DNA of 64,000 bases from a virus (taxonomy: Duplodnaviria; Caudoviricetes): the IMG/VR virus record IMGVR_UViG_3300015360_000023, positions 138,610 to 202,609 of that record; one strand, 5' to 3'. This document shows, one piece after another, positions 20,281 to 29,931 of this stretch. Numbering within the stretch: position 1 is the stretch's first letter; every line of letters begins with the position of its first letter. A model generated the notes under the pieces. That model searched no databases and was not told the origin of the DNA. It saw only the letters and a list, made by a program, of their open reading frames with translations. A program made the position numbers and the translations under genes.

Positions 20281-23200
20281 ATGGCAATTCAGTACTACAT
20301 GCGAGCATACAATACAAGCCTTTCCAATTATGTGGAGTGGATTGTAAATGACACGCCCGACACAGTCGGTACCTTTTCTGGTTATCCAACTAACCAGTTA
20401 ACTAATATTATTGTCAATAGAATAGTTAGTTCAAAGGTTGATAATTTTCTAAAACCCAATCAATCTCTTGGTGGAAATGATGGTTATTATTTCCATATTA
20501 ATAGTTATGATTGGTTAAAGGCTACAGCCCCAATTGGCGTTCCTACTACCTTAGCTGGTGTCGCCATTGAAAGAGGAATTACCTCTATAGCTACTGTTTC
20601 AGCAGCCACTAATGCAACGCCTATCGTATTAACTACGTCTGCCCATGGTATTACTGTAGGTGCTCAGGTTATGATTACGGTGATAGGCGTTTTAGGTAAC
20701 GTCGCTGCCAATGGCACTTTTCCGGCCGTAGCTACTACGGGAACTAGTTTTTCATTAATTGGTTCTGAAGGTAGTGGAGCTTATACTTCCGGTGGTACTA
20801 TTTATACGCCAACCGATTTCTCAACTCTTACTTGGGATGAAACTAATAACAGTTGGAGAATGGCACTTAATACAAGTGGCAATGGACTTACCTTGGGCGC
20901 AAGTCAAAATCTTAGAGTATTAAATTCCTTCGTTGATGGCTATGCCTCCTTAGGAACTACCGCTCATGGAACGACCACCGTAGCGGCAACGGGCACAATA
21001 AGATTTCCAAACAATCAATTTATGATTGGTAGAAATGTTGGTTTAACTGCCGATATTTCTATGATTGGTATTGATACTTTGAATAGAATTAAAATCGGAG
21101 CTGGTGTTTCTGATTTAGTTTATTTACCAGGTAATCTTGATGTTGATGGATACATTGTTCATGACGGAACGGGAACTAACGTTCCGCTTACCGGATTTAT
21201 CCGTGAGCAAAATGGTACTAACATCATTGCTGTTAGAAATCAAGCAGGCACTCTTGATATCGTAGTTCTATCTACTACCGCAGCTAATCGTATCGTCCTT
21301 GGAGACGCTGTTAATGCTGGAACAGTTTATAATACTGCTACTGGCGGACTTCATGCTTTCCAGATTAACTCAGTTTCAACAATTGAGTTAGGAGACGTAT
21401 ATGCAAGATTTACTGCCGGCGTAGTTGCTCCAACCATTATGCAAGTAACTGCTGGTGCTGGTCAAACTGGTCAGACACTAACGCTACAAGCTCAGAACGG
21501 TGGAACAGGCAGCACCACAGGCGGTATCGCCCAAGTAATGTCAGGTACTGGTAGCTCATTTTCAGGAACTGTTGACCTAAGTACTGGGGGTGTTGTTAAA
21601 GTAAGAGTACACCCAACAACTGCTCCGGCAGCCGCCAACAACAGTACTATCGAATTGTTTAATAACAATTTAAGGTTTGATGATCTTCAGACTTTACCAT
21701 TTATTTTTCAAGAAACTACGGCTGGAGCTACTGCAACTCACTTAACAGTTCAGGCACAAAACGCAGCAACTACTGGCGGTAATTTACTACTATCTTCTGG
21801 AACTGGCGCAGGTACTGCTGGTAACGTTATTATTAAAACTGGTAATACCAATCAGATTATCGTCACACCAACATTAACTACCATTTTAGGTAATTTATTA
21901 GTTAACGGAACTACAACCAGCGTAGCTAGCACTGTAGTTGAAATTGCAGATAGAGTTATTAACCTAAACAGCTCTGCTAACCAATTTCCTGGAACAACTG
22001 TTCCTCTACCAACTCAACTTACTGGTTTTGCAGTTGACAGAGGCTCTACAGATAATACTACTAAAAGAGCGTATCACGGTCTATTCTGGTCTGAAACTGA
22101 TAGCTATTGGAGATTCGCTGTTAACACTGACGGTTATACTGCTCAGAACGTATTAACAACTACTCTTCCAGTTATTGGCTCTCATTTCTTAGTTCAACCA
22201 AGTGCTTCCGTTCCAGTAACTGCCGCCTTAATCCCAACTGTTGGCGGATTTAGAACTCTAAATAACACGGTATCATTAGCCTCACGTAATGCGGCCGGTA
22301 CACAAGATTTAATTCAAGCAAGTACAGACTCAACCAATCATTTGATATGGGGATCCCCAACTCAAAATGCTGGTCATATCTTTAATACGACCACGTCTAC
22401 AATATATGATTTCCAGGTTAACTCTGTTTCAACTTATCAGATCCAACCAATATCAAACGGAACTACTACACTTCAAGCAACTTCAGGTGTAACAGCGCTA
22501 GTTTATAATCAAGCAACTACTGGCTCCGCAACCGGCGCCCCAACTACCTTGCAAGCTCAAAATGCTGCAACTACAGGTGGCGCTCTAATCCTTACCTCAG
22601 GTACGGGAGCAACAACTGCCGGTAATCTTCAACTTCAAACTGGTGCAGTAGACCGCGTTGTTGTTCATCCGGACTTTACTGAATTTAGAGATACTGCTGA
22701 GGCTCTAAGAATTACTCCAGTATCTGCTGGTACTACTTTAATCACTTACGCTTCTACGGTAACCACTGCTCAAATTGATCAGACGGCTACTGGTAGCGCA
22801 ACTGGCGCATTGATGTTTATCAAGGCACAGAACGCAGCCACTACGGGTGGCGAACTAAGATTAAGTTCTGGTACAGGCGGTACTACAGCAGGAAACGCTA
22901 ACATCCAAACGGGTGGCGTCACTAAAGTTTCTGTCAATCCAACTTTTACGACCTTTAATGATACTGCCGAAGCAGTACGCATCACCCCAGTCTCTGCTGG
23001 CACTACTCAAGTTACATTCGCAACAGGCATCACGTCAGTTTCCTTTAATCAAACGGCAACTGGTGGAGCAACCGGAGCACCTTGGACTATTCAGGCTCAA
23101 ACAGGTGCATCAGGTACTGGTGGAGCTATCAGCTTAATTGCAGGCAATGCCACTACTACAGGTGGAAATGCAATAGTTAGTTCAGGTACAGGCGCTACCG

Positions 23201-24393
23201 CAGGTAACGTTAACCTACAGACTGGGGCAGTTACCAGAGTATCTATCAACCCCACCTTTACTACCTTTAATGATACTGTAGAAGCATTAAGAGTTACCCC
23301 AGTATCTTCTGGTACAACTCAGATTACTTATGCTTCTACAGTAACGGCCGCTCAGATTAACCAAACGGCAACCGCTGGTGCAACTGGCGCCCCGATGACT
23401 CATCAGGCTCAGAACGCAGTCACCACAGGTGGTGCGTTGAACCTTAGCTCAGGTACGGGAGTTACAGCCGGCAATACCAACCTTCAAACTGGAGCTGTTA
23501 CTAGGGTATCTGTTAATCCGACCTTCACAACCTTTAATGATACAATAGAGGCTTTGAGAGTTACTCCAGTGTCTTCTGGTAGTACGCTTATTACATTTGC
23601 TTCTACGGTTACCGCCGCCACAGTTAACCAAACTACTACTGGTGGGGCAACTGGAGCTAACCTTACGATTCAGGCACAGAATGCTGTAACCACTGGTGGA
23701 AATGCAGTCATTACTTCAGGTACTGGCGCAACGGCTGGTAATGTTCAATTGCAGACCGGAGCTGTAGATAGAATAATTGTCCATCCAACCTACACTGAGT
23801 TCAGAGATATGGCTGAAGCCGTACGTATTGTACCAGTCTCTTCCGGTATAAGCTATATACAATTCGCTAGCACAGTAACTACATCTGGTATCGCTCAAGC
23901 AGATACAGTAGTAAATGCAGCAACCGGCGCTCCGTTAGCCGTTATAGCGCAACATGCAACTGGAACTACTACTGTTGGCGGTGCCTTACTTCTAAGTTCT
24001 GGAACTGGTACAACTACTAACGGTGCAGTTAACTTACAAGTTGGTACAGTTACTACTGCCTCTCTAGTAACTAACAAGTTTGTCTTTAATAAGGGTCGTC
24101 GTAGAAACGTTACCCAAATCAGCAGCGCAGGTGGCACATACGCTGTTCTTGCTACGAATGATTACATCGCCATTACAACGGTAGCAGCTTCGTTTACCAT
24201 TAATCTTCCAACAACGCCAACTCTTGGTGATACTTATGAGATCAAAGATACTACTGGAAATGCCTCTCCAACCTTTGTTGTTACTATAGGTGGAAATGGT
24301 ACCAATATCGATGGTGCAGCTTCAATCCCAATTACCACTGGTTATGCCGCAGTAACTGTAACGTACACTGGTACTCAATGGAGTCTAAGCTAA
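20281..24393 (+). CDS. Very long tail fibre (1370 aa) with about 90-aa internal repeats
   Basis: SD AGGAG; FCCH-like module; repeated QAQNAxTTGG…QTGxVxRV…DTxEAxRxTPVS units; C-terminal beta-sandwich. Confidence 0.75.
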   Translation: MAIQYYMRAYNTSLSNYVEWIVNDTPDTVGTFSGYPTNQLTNIIVNRIVSSKVDNFLKPNQSLGGNDGYYFHINSYDWLKATAPIGVPTTLAGVAIERGITSIATVSAATNATPIVLTTSAHGITVGAQVMITVIGVLGNVAANGTFPAVATTGTSFSLIGSEGSGAYTSGGTIYTPTDFSTLTWDETNNSWRMALNTSGNGLTLGASQNLRVLNSFVDGYASLGTTAHGTTTVAATGTIRFPNNQFMIGRNVGLTADISMIGIDTLNRIKIGAGVSDLVYLPGNLDVDGYIVHDGTGTNVPLTGFIREQNGTNIIAVRNQAGTLDIVVLSTTAANRIVLGDAVNAGTVYNTATGGLHAFQINSVSTIELGDVYARFTAGVVAPTIMQVTAGAGQTGQTLTLQAQNGGTGSTTGGIAQVMSGTGSSFSGTVDLSTGGVVKVRVHPTTAPAAANNSTIELFNNNLRFDDLQTLPFIFQETTAGATATHLTVQAQNAATTGGNLLLSSGTGAGTAGNVIIKTGNTNQIIVTPTLTTILGNLLVNGTTTSVASTVVEIADRVINLNSSANQFPGTTVPLPTQLTGFAVDRGSTDNTTKRAYHGLFWSETDSYWRFAVNTDGYTAQNVLTTTLPVIGSHFLVQPSASVPVTAALIPTVGGFRTLNNTVSLASRNAAGTQDLIQASTDSTNHLIWGSPTQNAGHIFNTTTSTIYDFQVNSVSTYQIQPISNGTTTLQATSGVTALVYNQATTGSATGAPTTLQAQNAATTGGALILTSGTGATTAGNLQLQTGAVDRVVVHPDFTEFRDTAEALRITPVSAGTTLITYASTVTTAQIDQTATGSATGALMFIKAQNAATTGGELRLSSGTGGTTAGNANIQTGGVTKVSVNPTFTTFNDTAEAVRITPVSAGTTQVTFATGITSVSFNQTATGGATGAPWTIQAQTGASGTGGAISLIAGNATTTGGNAIVSSGTGATAGNVNLQTGAVTRVSINPTFTTFNDTVEALRVTPVSSGTTQITYASTVTAAQINQTATAGATGAPMTHQAQNAVTTGGALNLSSGTGVTAGNTNLQTGAVTRVSVNPTFTTFNDTIEALRVTPVSSGSTLITFASTVTAATVNQTTTGGATGANLTIQAQNAVTTGGNAVITSGTGATAGNVQLQTGAVDRIIVHPTYTEFRDMAEAVRIVPVSSGISYIQFASTVTTSGIAQADTVVNAATGAPLAVIAQHATGTTTVGGALLLSSGTGTTTNGAVNLQVGTVTTASLVTNKFVFNKGRRRNVTQISSAGGTYAVLATNDYIAITTVAASFTINLPTTPTLGDTYEIKDTTGNASPTFVVTIGGNGTNIDGAASIPITTGYAAVTVTYTGTQWSLS
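22552..24050 (+). repeat. Approximately 270-bp (90-aa) degenerate tandem coding repeat, 5-6 units
   Basis: QAQ/KAQ/IAQ anchors near 22552, 22822, 23092, 23404, 23671, 23944. Confidence 0.8.
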
Positions 24394-24725
24394 TGAGCTA
24401 TAAATATCTAGACGGATACGCTAATCCCGGAGTCAGAATTGTTAGGGATTTTCCTAGCAACGCAAACTACACTGCTGTAGTAAATGATTACCGCGCAGCA
24501 ATCATGGAATTTACCGCTACCGGAACTCCAATTACTGCTGACAGAGATGTAATCTTACCAAACATTGCAGGTCTTCAATGGATTGTATATAATAATACAA
24601 CCGCTTCTTTTAACTTGGTATTCAAAGTTTCTGGACAAACGGGGGTTACAGTCGCGTACAATAAACGTTGTATAGTCTACTGTGATGGTACTGATATAGT
24701 ACGAGCTACTCCAGACAATCCATAA
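24393..24725 (+). CDS. Small fibre-associated protein
   Basis: Probable start at TAATG overlap (24393); R.VILP…W.VYNNTT…GVTV….IVYCDGT pattern seen in fibre tip domains. Confidence 0.6.
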   Translation: MSYKYLDGYANPGVRIVRDFPSNANYTAVVNDYRAAIMEFTATGTPITADRDVILPNIAGLQWIVYNNTTASFNLVFKVSGQTGVTVAYNKRCIVYCDGTDIVRATPDNP

Positions 24726-25064
24726 TTACCAAAACACTCTCATCTTATTCATTCGATTACTAATCGATTCAAACTCCTGAGTAAACTCTTTCCAATATGT
24801 GGGTGGTTCGACTCCGAGATATTTGATCTTGATTCCGCCTTCGAAATTAATAGAGATAATTTTATTGATTTGAAGTTCATGTAATCCTGTAATGTATTCT
24901 TTTTCAAAGACATACTTGGCTAGACCATGAGCTACTTTTTTAACTTCCCCTTGTATAACAATCTCTCCATTAGCATGAATGGCCAGATAATTATCCTCAT
25001 GTTTAATGAAGGTTGTGTTATCAAGATCCCAAGTAATAGGAAATGACATAGGAAAATTAGCCAT
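24726..25064 (-). CDS. Hypothetical protein ending RMNKMRVFW, a possible variant of the array tail motif
   Basis: Probable start MANF at 25064 overlapping the thyX stop. Confidence 0.6.
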   Translation of the reverse strand: MANFPMSFPITWDLDNTTFIKHEDNYLAIHANGEIVIQGEVKKVAHGLAKYVFEKEYITGLHELQINKIISINFEGGIKIKYLGVEPPTYWKEFTQEFESISNRMNKMRVFW

Positions 25065-25734
25065 ATATTTTCTCTTTAGTCCAACCAAAAGCATCTAATG
25101 ATAAATCAAATTGGCCCGTCTGAGAAACTAGATTAAGCTTATTGTAAGCTACCTGTTTAACTTCTAGTTGAGCATGATCGCTATAGCGAAGTCCAATGAA
25201 GTGCATGAAAGAGCGGAAGTTAAACATAACATCGGCCGTTAGCTGGTTAGCATATGGTAGATAGAATCTGGCAGATTCCTTAGCACGTGTACGTGACATA
25301 CCCTTAGCAATCATTCGGTCCATACAGTCATGATACTTCTTGAAAGATTCTTCACAATGTTGAACTAGTTGAGCTTGTTCATCTTCTGCCCAATCTTGGG
25401 GAATGTAAAATTTATCATCATACACAACCTTGTCGCCTTCCTTCTTTTTGCCAAGCTCTTTGTATCGGGCTGACTCACCATTGAAGGAGACTCCAATACG
25501 ATGTTTCAGGATATGAATGTGAGTAGCAATGTCGGTAGTTACCAAGAAATGTATAGAAGACTTCTCAAATGGTGTGTGATGTCCTTCGCGGCCCAACATA
25601 CCAAGAAGCTTGCCCATACGCCCACGCTTCTCATCATTCAAATCTCTGGACGTTGAAGTCCAGGCTGATAATGCATGGGATTCATCAGAACCATATACTC
25701 CAACCAATTCAACTTTGTTCGTATAATCATTCAT
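25057..25734 (-). CDS. thyX: Flavin-dependent thymidylate synthase
   Basis: GHHTPFE, KHRIGVSFNGESARY (ThyX motif variant), ESARFYLP, NFRSFMHFIGLR….AQLE. Confidence 0.9.
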   Translation of the reverse strand: MNDYTNKVELVGVYGSDESHALSAWTSTSRDLNDEKRGRMGKLLGMLGREGHHTPFEKSSIHFLVTTDIATHIHILKHRIGVSFNGESARYKELGKKKEGDKVVYDDKFYIPQDWAEDEQAQLVQHCEESFKKYHDCMDRMIAKGMSRTRAKESARFYLPYANQLTADVMFNFRSFMHFIGLRYSDHAQLEVKQVAYNKLNLVSQTGQFDLSLDAFGWTKEKIYG

Positions 25735-26048
25735 ATATCTAATATCCTTATACTATCAGGCAAGAACCGATAAGTTCCTGGGTGAAACGGAAGATCCTTC
25801 CAACCTTGTTTGTTGTTAATAATTAATCTTTCCCAATCCATATGATGGTGATGAATAATATCATAGCGACCATCTTTATGCAAGAGGCCATCGCCTTCAT
25901 TATCGGTAAAAAAGATAATGCCGTAATACCATTTGTTTTGGTATGTTTCATACCTAACATGGCTCTCGAACATGATTAGCTTTTTACCGAGAGCGTAGAT
26001 CTGATATTCCACACTTAGACTTTCTAAATTTTGCATAAATGAATCCAC
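25731..26048 (-). CDS. Hypothetical protein
   Basis: ATGA overlap with thyX; true start may be downstream (about 25973). Confidence 0.5.
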   Translation of the reverse strand: MDSFMQNLESLSVEYQIYALGKKLIMFESHVRYETYQNKWYYGIIFFTDNEGDGLLHKDGRYDIIHHHHMDWERLIINNKQGWKDLPFHPGTYRFLPDSIRILDI

Positions 26049-26187
26049 TAATAAATCCTAAAACTAGTGTTCCGAAACCCATCCAATAGCCTAACTTCAG
26101 ACCACAATATAACGTAGAGGCCAGGACTAAAATAAAGAAAATCCCAGAAAGAATTTTCCAAAAAGTGCAGTTACTTAGTTGGTTCAT
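25984..26187 (-). CDS. Small membrane protein with two hydrophobic segments
   Basis: Probable start MNQL at 26187; hydrophobic stretches followed by a basic tail. Confidence 0.5.
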   Translation of the reverse strand: MNQLSNCTFWKILSGIFFILVLASTLYCGLKLGYWMGFGTLVLGFISGFIYAKFRKSKCGISDLRSR

Positions 26188-26383
26188 CTTTCTTCTTTTG
26201 GAAAAAGTAATAATAATCATTACGCACGAAGAAACCCATACCAACTGTCAATAGAAGACAAGTAGCGAATAGACCCCAATGTGGAATGGTTAAAGCAAAT
26301 ACTGTAAACCCTAACATAGCTAGTGCTGTAGCAAGGGTAGCGCAGGCGATTACTGTTTTGATAATTTTTGCTGTGTCGGTCAT
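26171..26383 (-). CDS. Small membrane protein with two hydrophobic segments
   Basis: Two TM-like stretches, SD-like GAGG upstream. Confidence 0.6.
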   Translation of the reverse strand: MTDTAKIIKTVIACATLATALAMLGFTVFALTIPHWGLFATCLLLTVGMGFFVRNDYYYFFQKKKDEPTK

Positions 26384-26390
26384 AATATCC

Positions 26391-27425
26391 TCATTTTAGG
26401 ATAACATCATGCGGATGGGACTCTTTCAAACCCGCATTGGTTATCCTAATAAATTCCGGATTATCCCTAAGGTCCACTAGATTATGGGCGCCTTGATAAG
26501 AGCATCCAGAACGTAGGCCTTCTAGTAATTTCGCTAGAATATCTCCGAACTTGCCTTTCGCCGGAACGATGGCAGCCACGCCTTCAACATGATTTGTCTT
26601 ATGGGTAGAGCTACCTACATAGTGCTTAAATGATCTCCCATCAATATTCATAATCTCGCCAGGAGTCTCTACACAGCCCGCGAACAAATTACCGACCATA
26701 ACCATGTCAGCAAAGCAAAGGGCCTTCACAAGGTCACCTGCGCTCTTGATACCGCCATCTGCAATGATAGGGAACTGACGTTTATAAGTAGTGGCTTTGG
26801 TTCTCTCCAATTCCATTAATTGTTTTTGAACCTGAGCAACGTCCATCAAAGCTGTAAGCTGAGGAACTCCGTTACCAGTTTCAATTCTAGTAGTACATAA
26901 GCTACCCGGCCCAACGCCAACCTTGACGGCGCTAGCTCCAGCTTCCCATAATCTGCGCGCCCCTTCTCCTGTAGCCACATTGCCAGCAATAATAAAGACT
27001 TGCTCGTTCAAAGCTCTCATGTTTTTAAGTGTTTGGATACATTGGGCGGAGTCGCCATGAGCCACATCGATACAGAAGTTTCTAACGCCAGCCTCTAGGA
27101 ACTTATGAAAGGCCGGCAAGTCTTCATTCTTTACTCCAAGTGAGATGCACACCCCTCTATCTCCAAAAGTATCAATCAAATGATTCGCAATAAATAATTG
27201 CTCTTCAATTGGCATGAAGCGATGAATGATAGCTAAACCACCACTTTTACATATTTCAAAGCCCATTTCTAATCCAGTAATAGTTTTCATATTAGCTGGA
27301 ATTACGGGATGCTTGAATTTAAGTCCACATAATGTAGCTGAGATGTCTACTTCAGAGCGACTCTTTATGGTTGAATGTTGCGGAACAAGTAACACGTCAT
27401 CAAAAGTTAATCCTTCACGAATCAT
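26391..27425 (-). CDS. IMP dehydrogenase / GMP reductase family enzyme lacking CBS domains
   Basis: [37 protein letters not shown] (catalytic Cys), [14 protein letters not shown]; start MIREG at 27425 preferred over 27467; IMPDH versus GMPR not resolved. Confidence 0.88.
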   Translation of the reverse strand: MIREGLTFDDVLLVPQHSTIKSRSEVDISATLCGLKFKHPVIPANMKTITGLEMGFEICKSGGLAIIHRFMPIEEQLFIANHLIDTFGDRGVCISLGVKNEDLPAFHKFLEAGVRNFCIDVAHGDSAQCIQTLKNMRALNEQVFIIAGNVATGEGARRLWEAGASAVKVGVGPGSLCTTRIETGNGVPQLTALMDVAQVQKQLMELERTKATTYKRQFPIIADGGIKSAGDLVKALCFADMVMVGNLFAGCVETPGEIMNIDGRSFKHYVGSSTHKTNHVEGVAAIVPAKGKFGDILAKLLEGLRSGCSYQGAHNLVDLRDNPEFIRITNAGLKESHPHDVILK

Positions 27426-27530
27426 TGTACAGTCTCCTATGTCCAGAGCTGATATAACGCTCTCCATATTTCAGTATATTATGTAGAAGAGAATTCGACT
27501 GCCTTGCTTATTTCCACTAATATCATGTAT

Positions 27531-27559
27531 ATGATAATGATTTTCATTGAGTTTGTCAA
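27531..27559 (-). promoter_or_regulatory. Sigma70-type promoter for the IMPDH-to-thyX operon
   Basis: Minus strand TTGACA-N17-TATCAT. Confidence 0.7.
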
Positions 27560-27589
27560 GGTGCCGGATTTGAAAACAATAGGAATTAT

Positions 27590-28378
27590 ATGAGTATCAA
27601 TATCTTTAATATATTTGACGGTGAACCAGAGGGCAACTATCTATTCCCTACTAGAGATCCGGGCGCAGTTACAGGATCTGCTTTCGTTCAGAGTAATTTA
27701 AACACAAGCGGAGCTGGTCGTGAATCCAACATTCTTGATGAATTAATTCACGGCAACCTGCCAAATTTCCTAAGAGATTTGACTCCAGTTGTTGTTACTG
27801 ACGATGTAAATACTATTACCTATTTAGTAACTTTGGATTATTTGTCTATTGGCAATGACGATAATTTCGTTAGAATGCCAATGAGCCCACTTACGGCGCA
27901 AAAGATTGCGGATAAGTTTGATTGCTCACTTCCAACTAGGAAGATGGTTAAAGATATTTGGAAGAATGCCGTCAATAAACTTCCCCCCAAGACTACTCCA
28001 CCCGACGCTCAAATGACTAGCACCAAACGTTTCGGTGAACATAATGCACTTGTCAACAATCAAATGGCTTCATTGAGCGTAAATGATTTAACAGCAGGGC
28101 ACAAAAAGGATATCGTCCTAACGAACAAGCTTGCTCCTAAAAATCCAAATCATAGAGTTGCTATCTATGGATGGTTCTATTCTAATGGAACGGTGATTCA
28201 AGATTTGAATCCATCAGACCATAACGATATGTATGCTGATTACAGCCATGGAGTTAGACTCATTGCCAATGACGTTGTCGTCAATGGTAACCCAATGAGA
28301 ATACAAGACGTTTGGAAGAATCCTAAGTTCTCCGCCCTCATCAGTGATGAAGGCGTCCTTACCTTCCAAAGATATTAA
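27590..28378 (+). CDS. Conserved hypothetical protein (GHKKD / AIYGW / DYSHGVRL family)
   Basis: Long ORF with strongly conserved-looking motifs; function not recognised. Confidence 0.6.
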   Translation: MSINIFNIFDGEPEGNYLFPTRDPGAVTGSAFVQSNLNTSGAGRESNILDELIHGNLPNFLRDLTPVVVTDDVNTITYLVTLDYLSIGNDDNFVRMPMSPLTAQKIADKFDCSLPTRKMVKDIWKNAVNKLPPKTTPPDAQMTSTKRFGEHNALVNNQMASLSVNDLTAGHKKDIVLTNKLAPKNPNHRVAIYGWFYSNGTVIQDLNPSDHNDMYADYSHGVRLIANDVVVNGNPMRIQDVWKNPKFSALISDEGVLTFQRY

Positions 28379-28596
28379 GACTTGTTTCGATAAGTGATTC
28401 GACCTTGAGTGGTGTCATATTCTGATACTTCAATTCGAACCTTATCTCCAATCAAAATCTTGACGGAGTTCATTCGAATCTTGCCGCTCAATGTACAAAG
28501 CACGGTCAGGTTATCATTAACCTTGACTGTGAACTTGCCTTTGTTTGCGTCAATTACTTCACCTTCAAACTCTAATCTATCTCTGTTGTTAGCCAT
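28375..28596 (-). CDS. infA: Translation initiation factor IF-1
   Basis: EGEV…F.V…VLC.LSGKIR…I.IL.GDKV..E.S.YD…GRITYR, full-length S1/OB IF-1 pattern. Confidence 0.9.
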   Translation of the reverse strand: MANNRDRLEFEGEVIDANKGKFTVKVNDNLTVLCTLSGKIRMNSVKILIGDKVRIEVSEYDTTQGRITYRNKS

Positions 28597-28602
28597 AATA
28601 CC

Positions 28603-29265
28603 TTAATGTTCCTTTGTGTTTTCAAATAATGCGTGAGCCGGACGGCAATGCACGCTTAGTAAGCTCATAAACTCTTTACGAGGTGGCATGAAAGTTAGCC
28701 ACTGTTCCGCTAAAGCGCAAGGAATTGGGGAATTTTCTTTACTCTCTATTTTTTTATAATACTTTATGTCTCTGTTTTCACTCATCTTTTTGAGATGAGA
28801 TAGCCCTAAAAGAAGCGGCGACACCTGTTGCCACTCGCCATATAGATACATAAAGCTTCGTAGATAATTATCAATCCCTAAAAGAGTAATCATCAAACAA
28901 TCTTGATTCAAGTCATCGTCTTTTCCGAAACAGATGAAAGCTAGTTTACTAATCTTTACTACTTTGTCAATAGATAAACCATAATATAAATCAGTTGACG
29001 TTATACTTTTTCGAGGTAGTGATAGGTCATTGTAAATAATCTGAATGTTCTTAGAACCTTGCACTTTGAAAGAGTTTCCAAATTCATCAAACCACCATTT
29101 GTAAAGAATAAGCTTTTCGCTTTTTCCCTGAAAAATGTATTGGTGGGGCTTTAGGCGACAACTCTTGATAAGAAAAAAGAGATCACTGATCTCGGTGTAT
29201 GATTGCACCAACAAGATATGTTTATCTAATTGCGTATAAAAAACATCGAGACTTGGGCTCTTCAT
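28603..29265 (-). CDS. Hypothetical protein
   Basis: 220-aa ORF with ATGA overlap inside the operon. Confidence 0.6.
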   Translation of the reverse strand: MKSPSLDVFYTQLDKHILLVQSYTEISDLFFLIKSCRLKPHQYIFQGKSEKLILYKWWFDEFGNSFKVQGSKNIQIIYNDLSLPRKSITSTDLYYGLSIDKVVKISKLAFICFGKDDDLNQDCLMITLLGIDNYLRSFMYLYGEWQQVSPLLLGLSHLKKMSENRDIKYYKKIESKENSPIPCALAEQWLTFMPPRKEFMSLLSVHCRPAHALFENTKEH

Positions 29266-29930
29266 ATATCTAGCAATGATGGATCTAGTCCACCCTCTTC
29301 ATCTCCGGCTGGAGGGGCAAGATTAGGATAATGTACTTCTGTCTTGATGTACGGAAGATGATCTACTTGTTTTTCTTCAAGCAAATTACGATAAAGAAGA
29401 TAAGTATTTCTGCTATCAACCTTAGCATTGTGTGCTTCGCTAATCTTTTTGATACCAACAATGTCGCAAGCCGCATGCAACGCAAAACTTTGTCGTTTTT
29501 CACCCTTGGCAGCCTTGACAAGTAGCCCGGCCTTCTTAGCATATTCCTTAGTTAGACCAATAGAATCTAGCCAAAGATTGGCTGGAAATGCTTTACCATT
29601 CTGAGCCCAAAGAGCATGCAGGAATCTTCTATCAAATGGCGCGTTATGAGCAACGATGCAACGATGAGCTGGAGTGGCCCCGTCTTCGGCAAAAAACTTC
29701 TCACACTCTTCTACAACTTGTTGATTAGAATAACCCTTTTCTAGGTCTGCCATTGTCTTCTTAGTAATAGCAAGGGCATCAAAGTTGGCGCGTTCAGGAT
29801 ATTCGCATTTAATCTGGCGCCATAGTTGAACACGATCTGTGTAGCGAATGATGCCAATTTCGGTCATCTCATTGTAACCGGCTTTTAATCCAGTGGTCTC
29901 AGTATCAATTACATAATATAGTAGGCTCAT
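29262..29930 (-). CDS. DEDDh 3'-5' exonuclease (DnaQ-like)
   Basis: IDTETTG (ExoI), AHNAPFD (ExoII), HNAKVD (ExoIII). Confidence 0.88.
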   Translation of the reverse strand: MSLLYYVIDTETTGLKAGYNEMTEIGIIRYTDRVQLWRQIKCEYPERANFDALAITKKTMADLEKGYSNQQVVEECEKFFAEDGATPAHRCIVAHNAPFDRRFLHALWAQNGKAFPANLWLDSIGLTKEYAKKAGLLVKAAKGEKRQSFALHAACDIVGIKKISEAHNAKVDSRNTYLLYRNLLEEKQVDHLPYIKTEVHYPNLAPPAGDEEGGLDPSLLDI

Positions 29931-29931
29931 C

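Noticed and set aside
22552-24050. Fibre repeats as a programmed variation system
   Set aside because: The units are synonymous-diverged ordinary coding repeats with no invertase, inverted repeats or shufflon sites visible.
1542-24137. Numerous 60-184 aa antisense or off-frame ORFs within the structural genes (for example 8891..9445)
   Set aside because: They are shadows of Gly/Thr/Ala-rich codons on the opposite strand, fully nested in longer motif-bearing genes.
24800-24815. GGTTCGACTCC T-loop-like sequence
   Set aside because: It lies inside a coding region (antisense to PPT/VEP codons) with no flanking tRNA stems.
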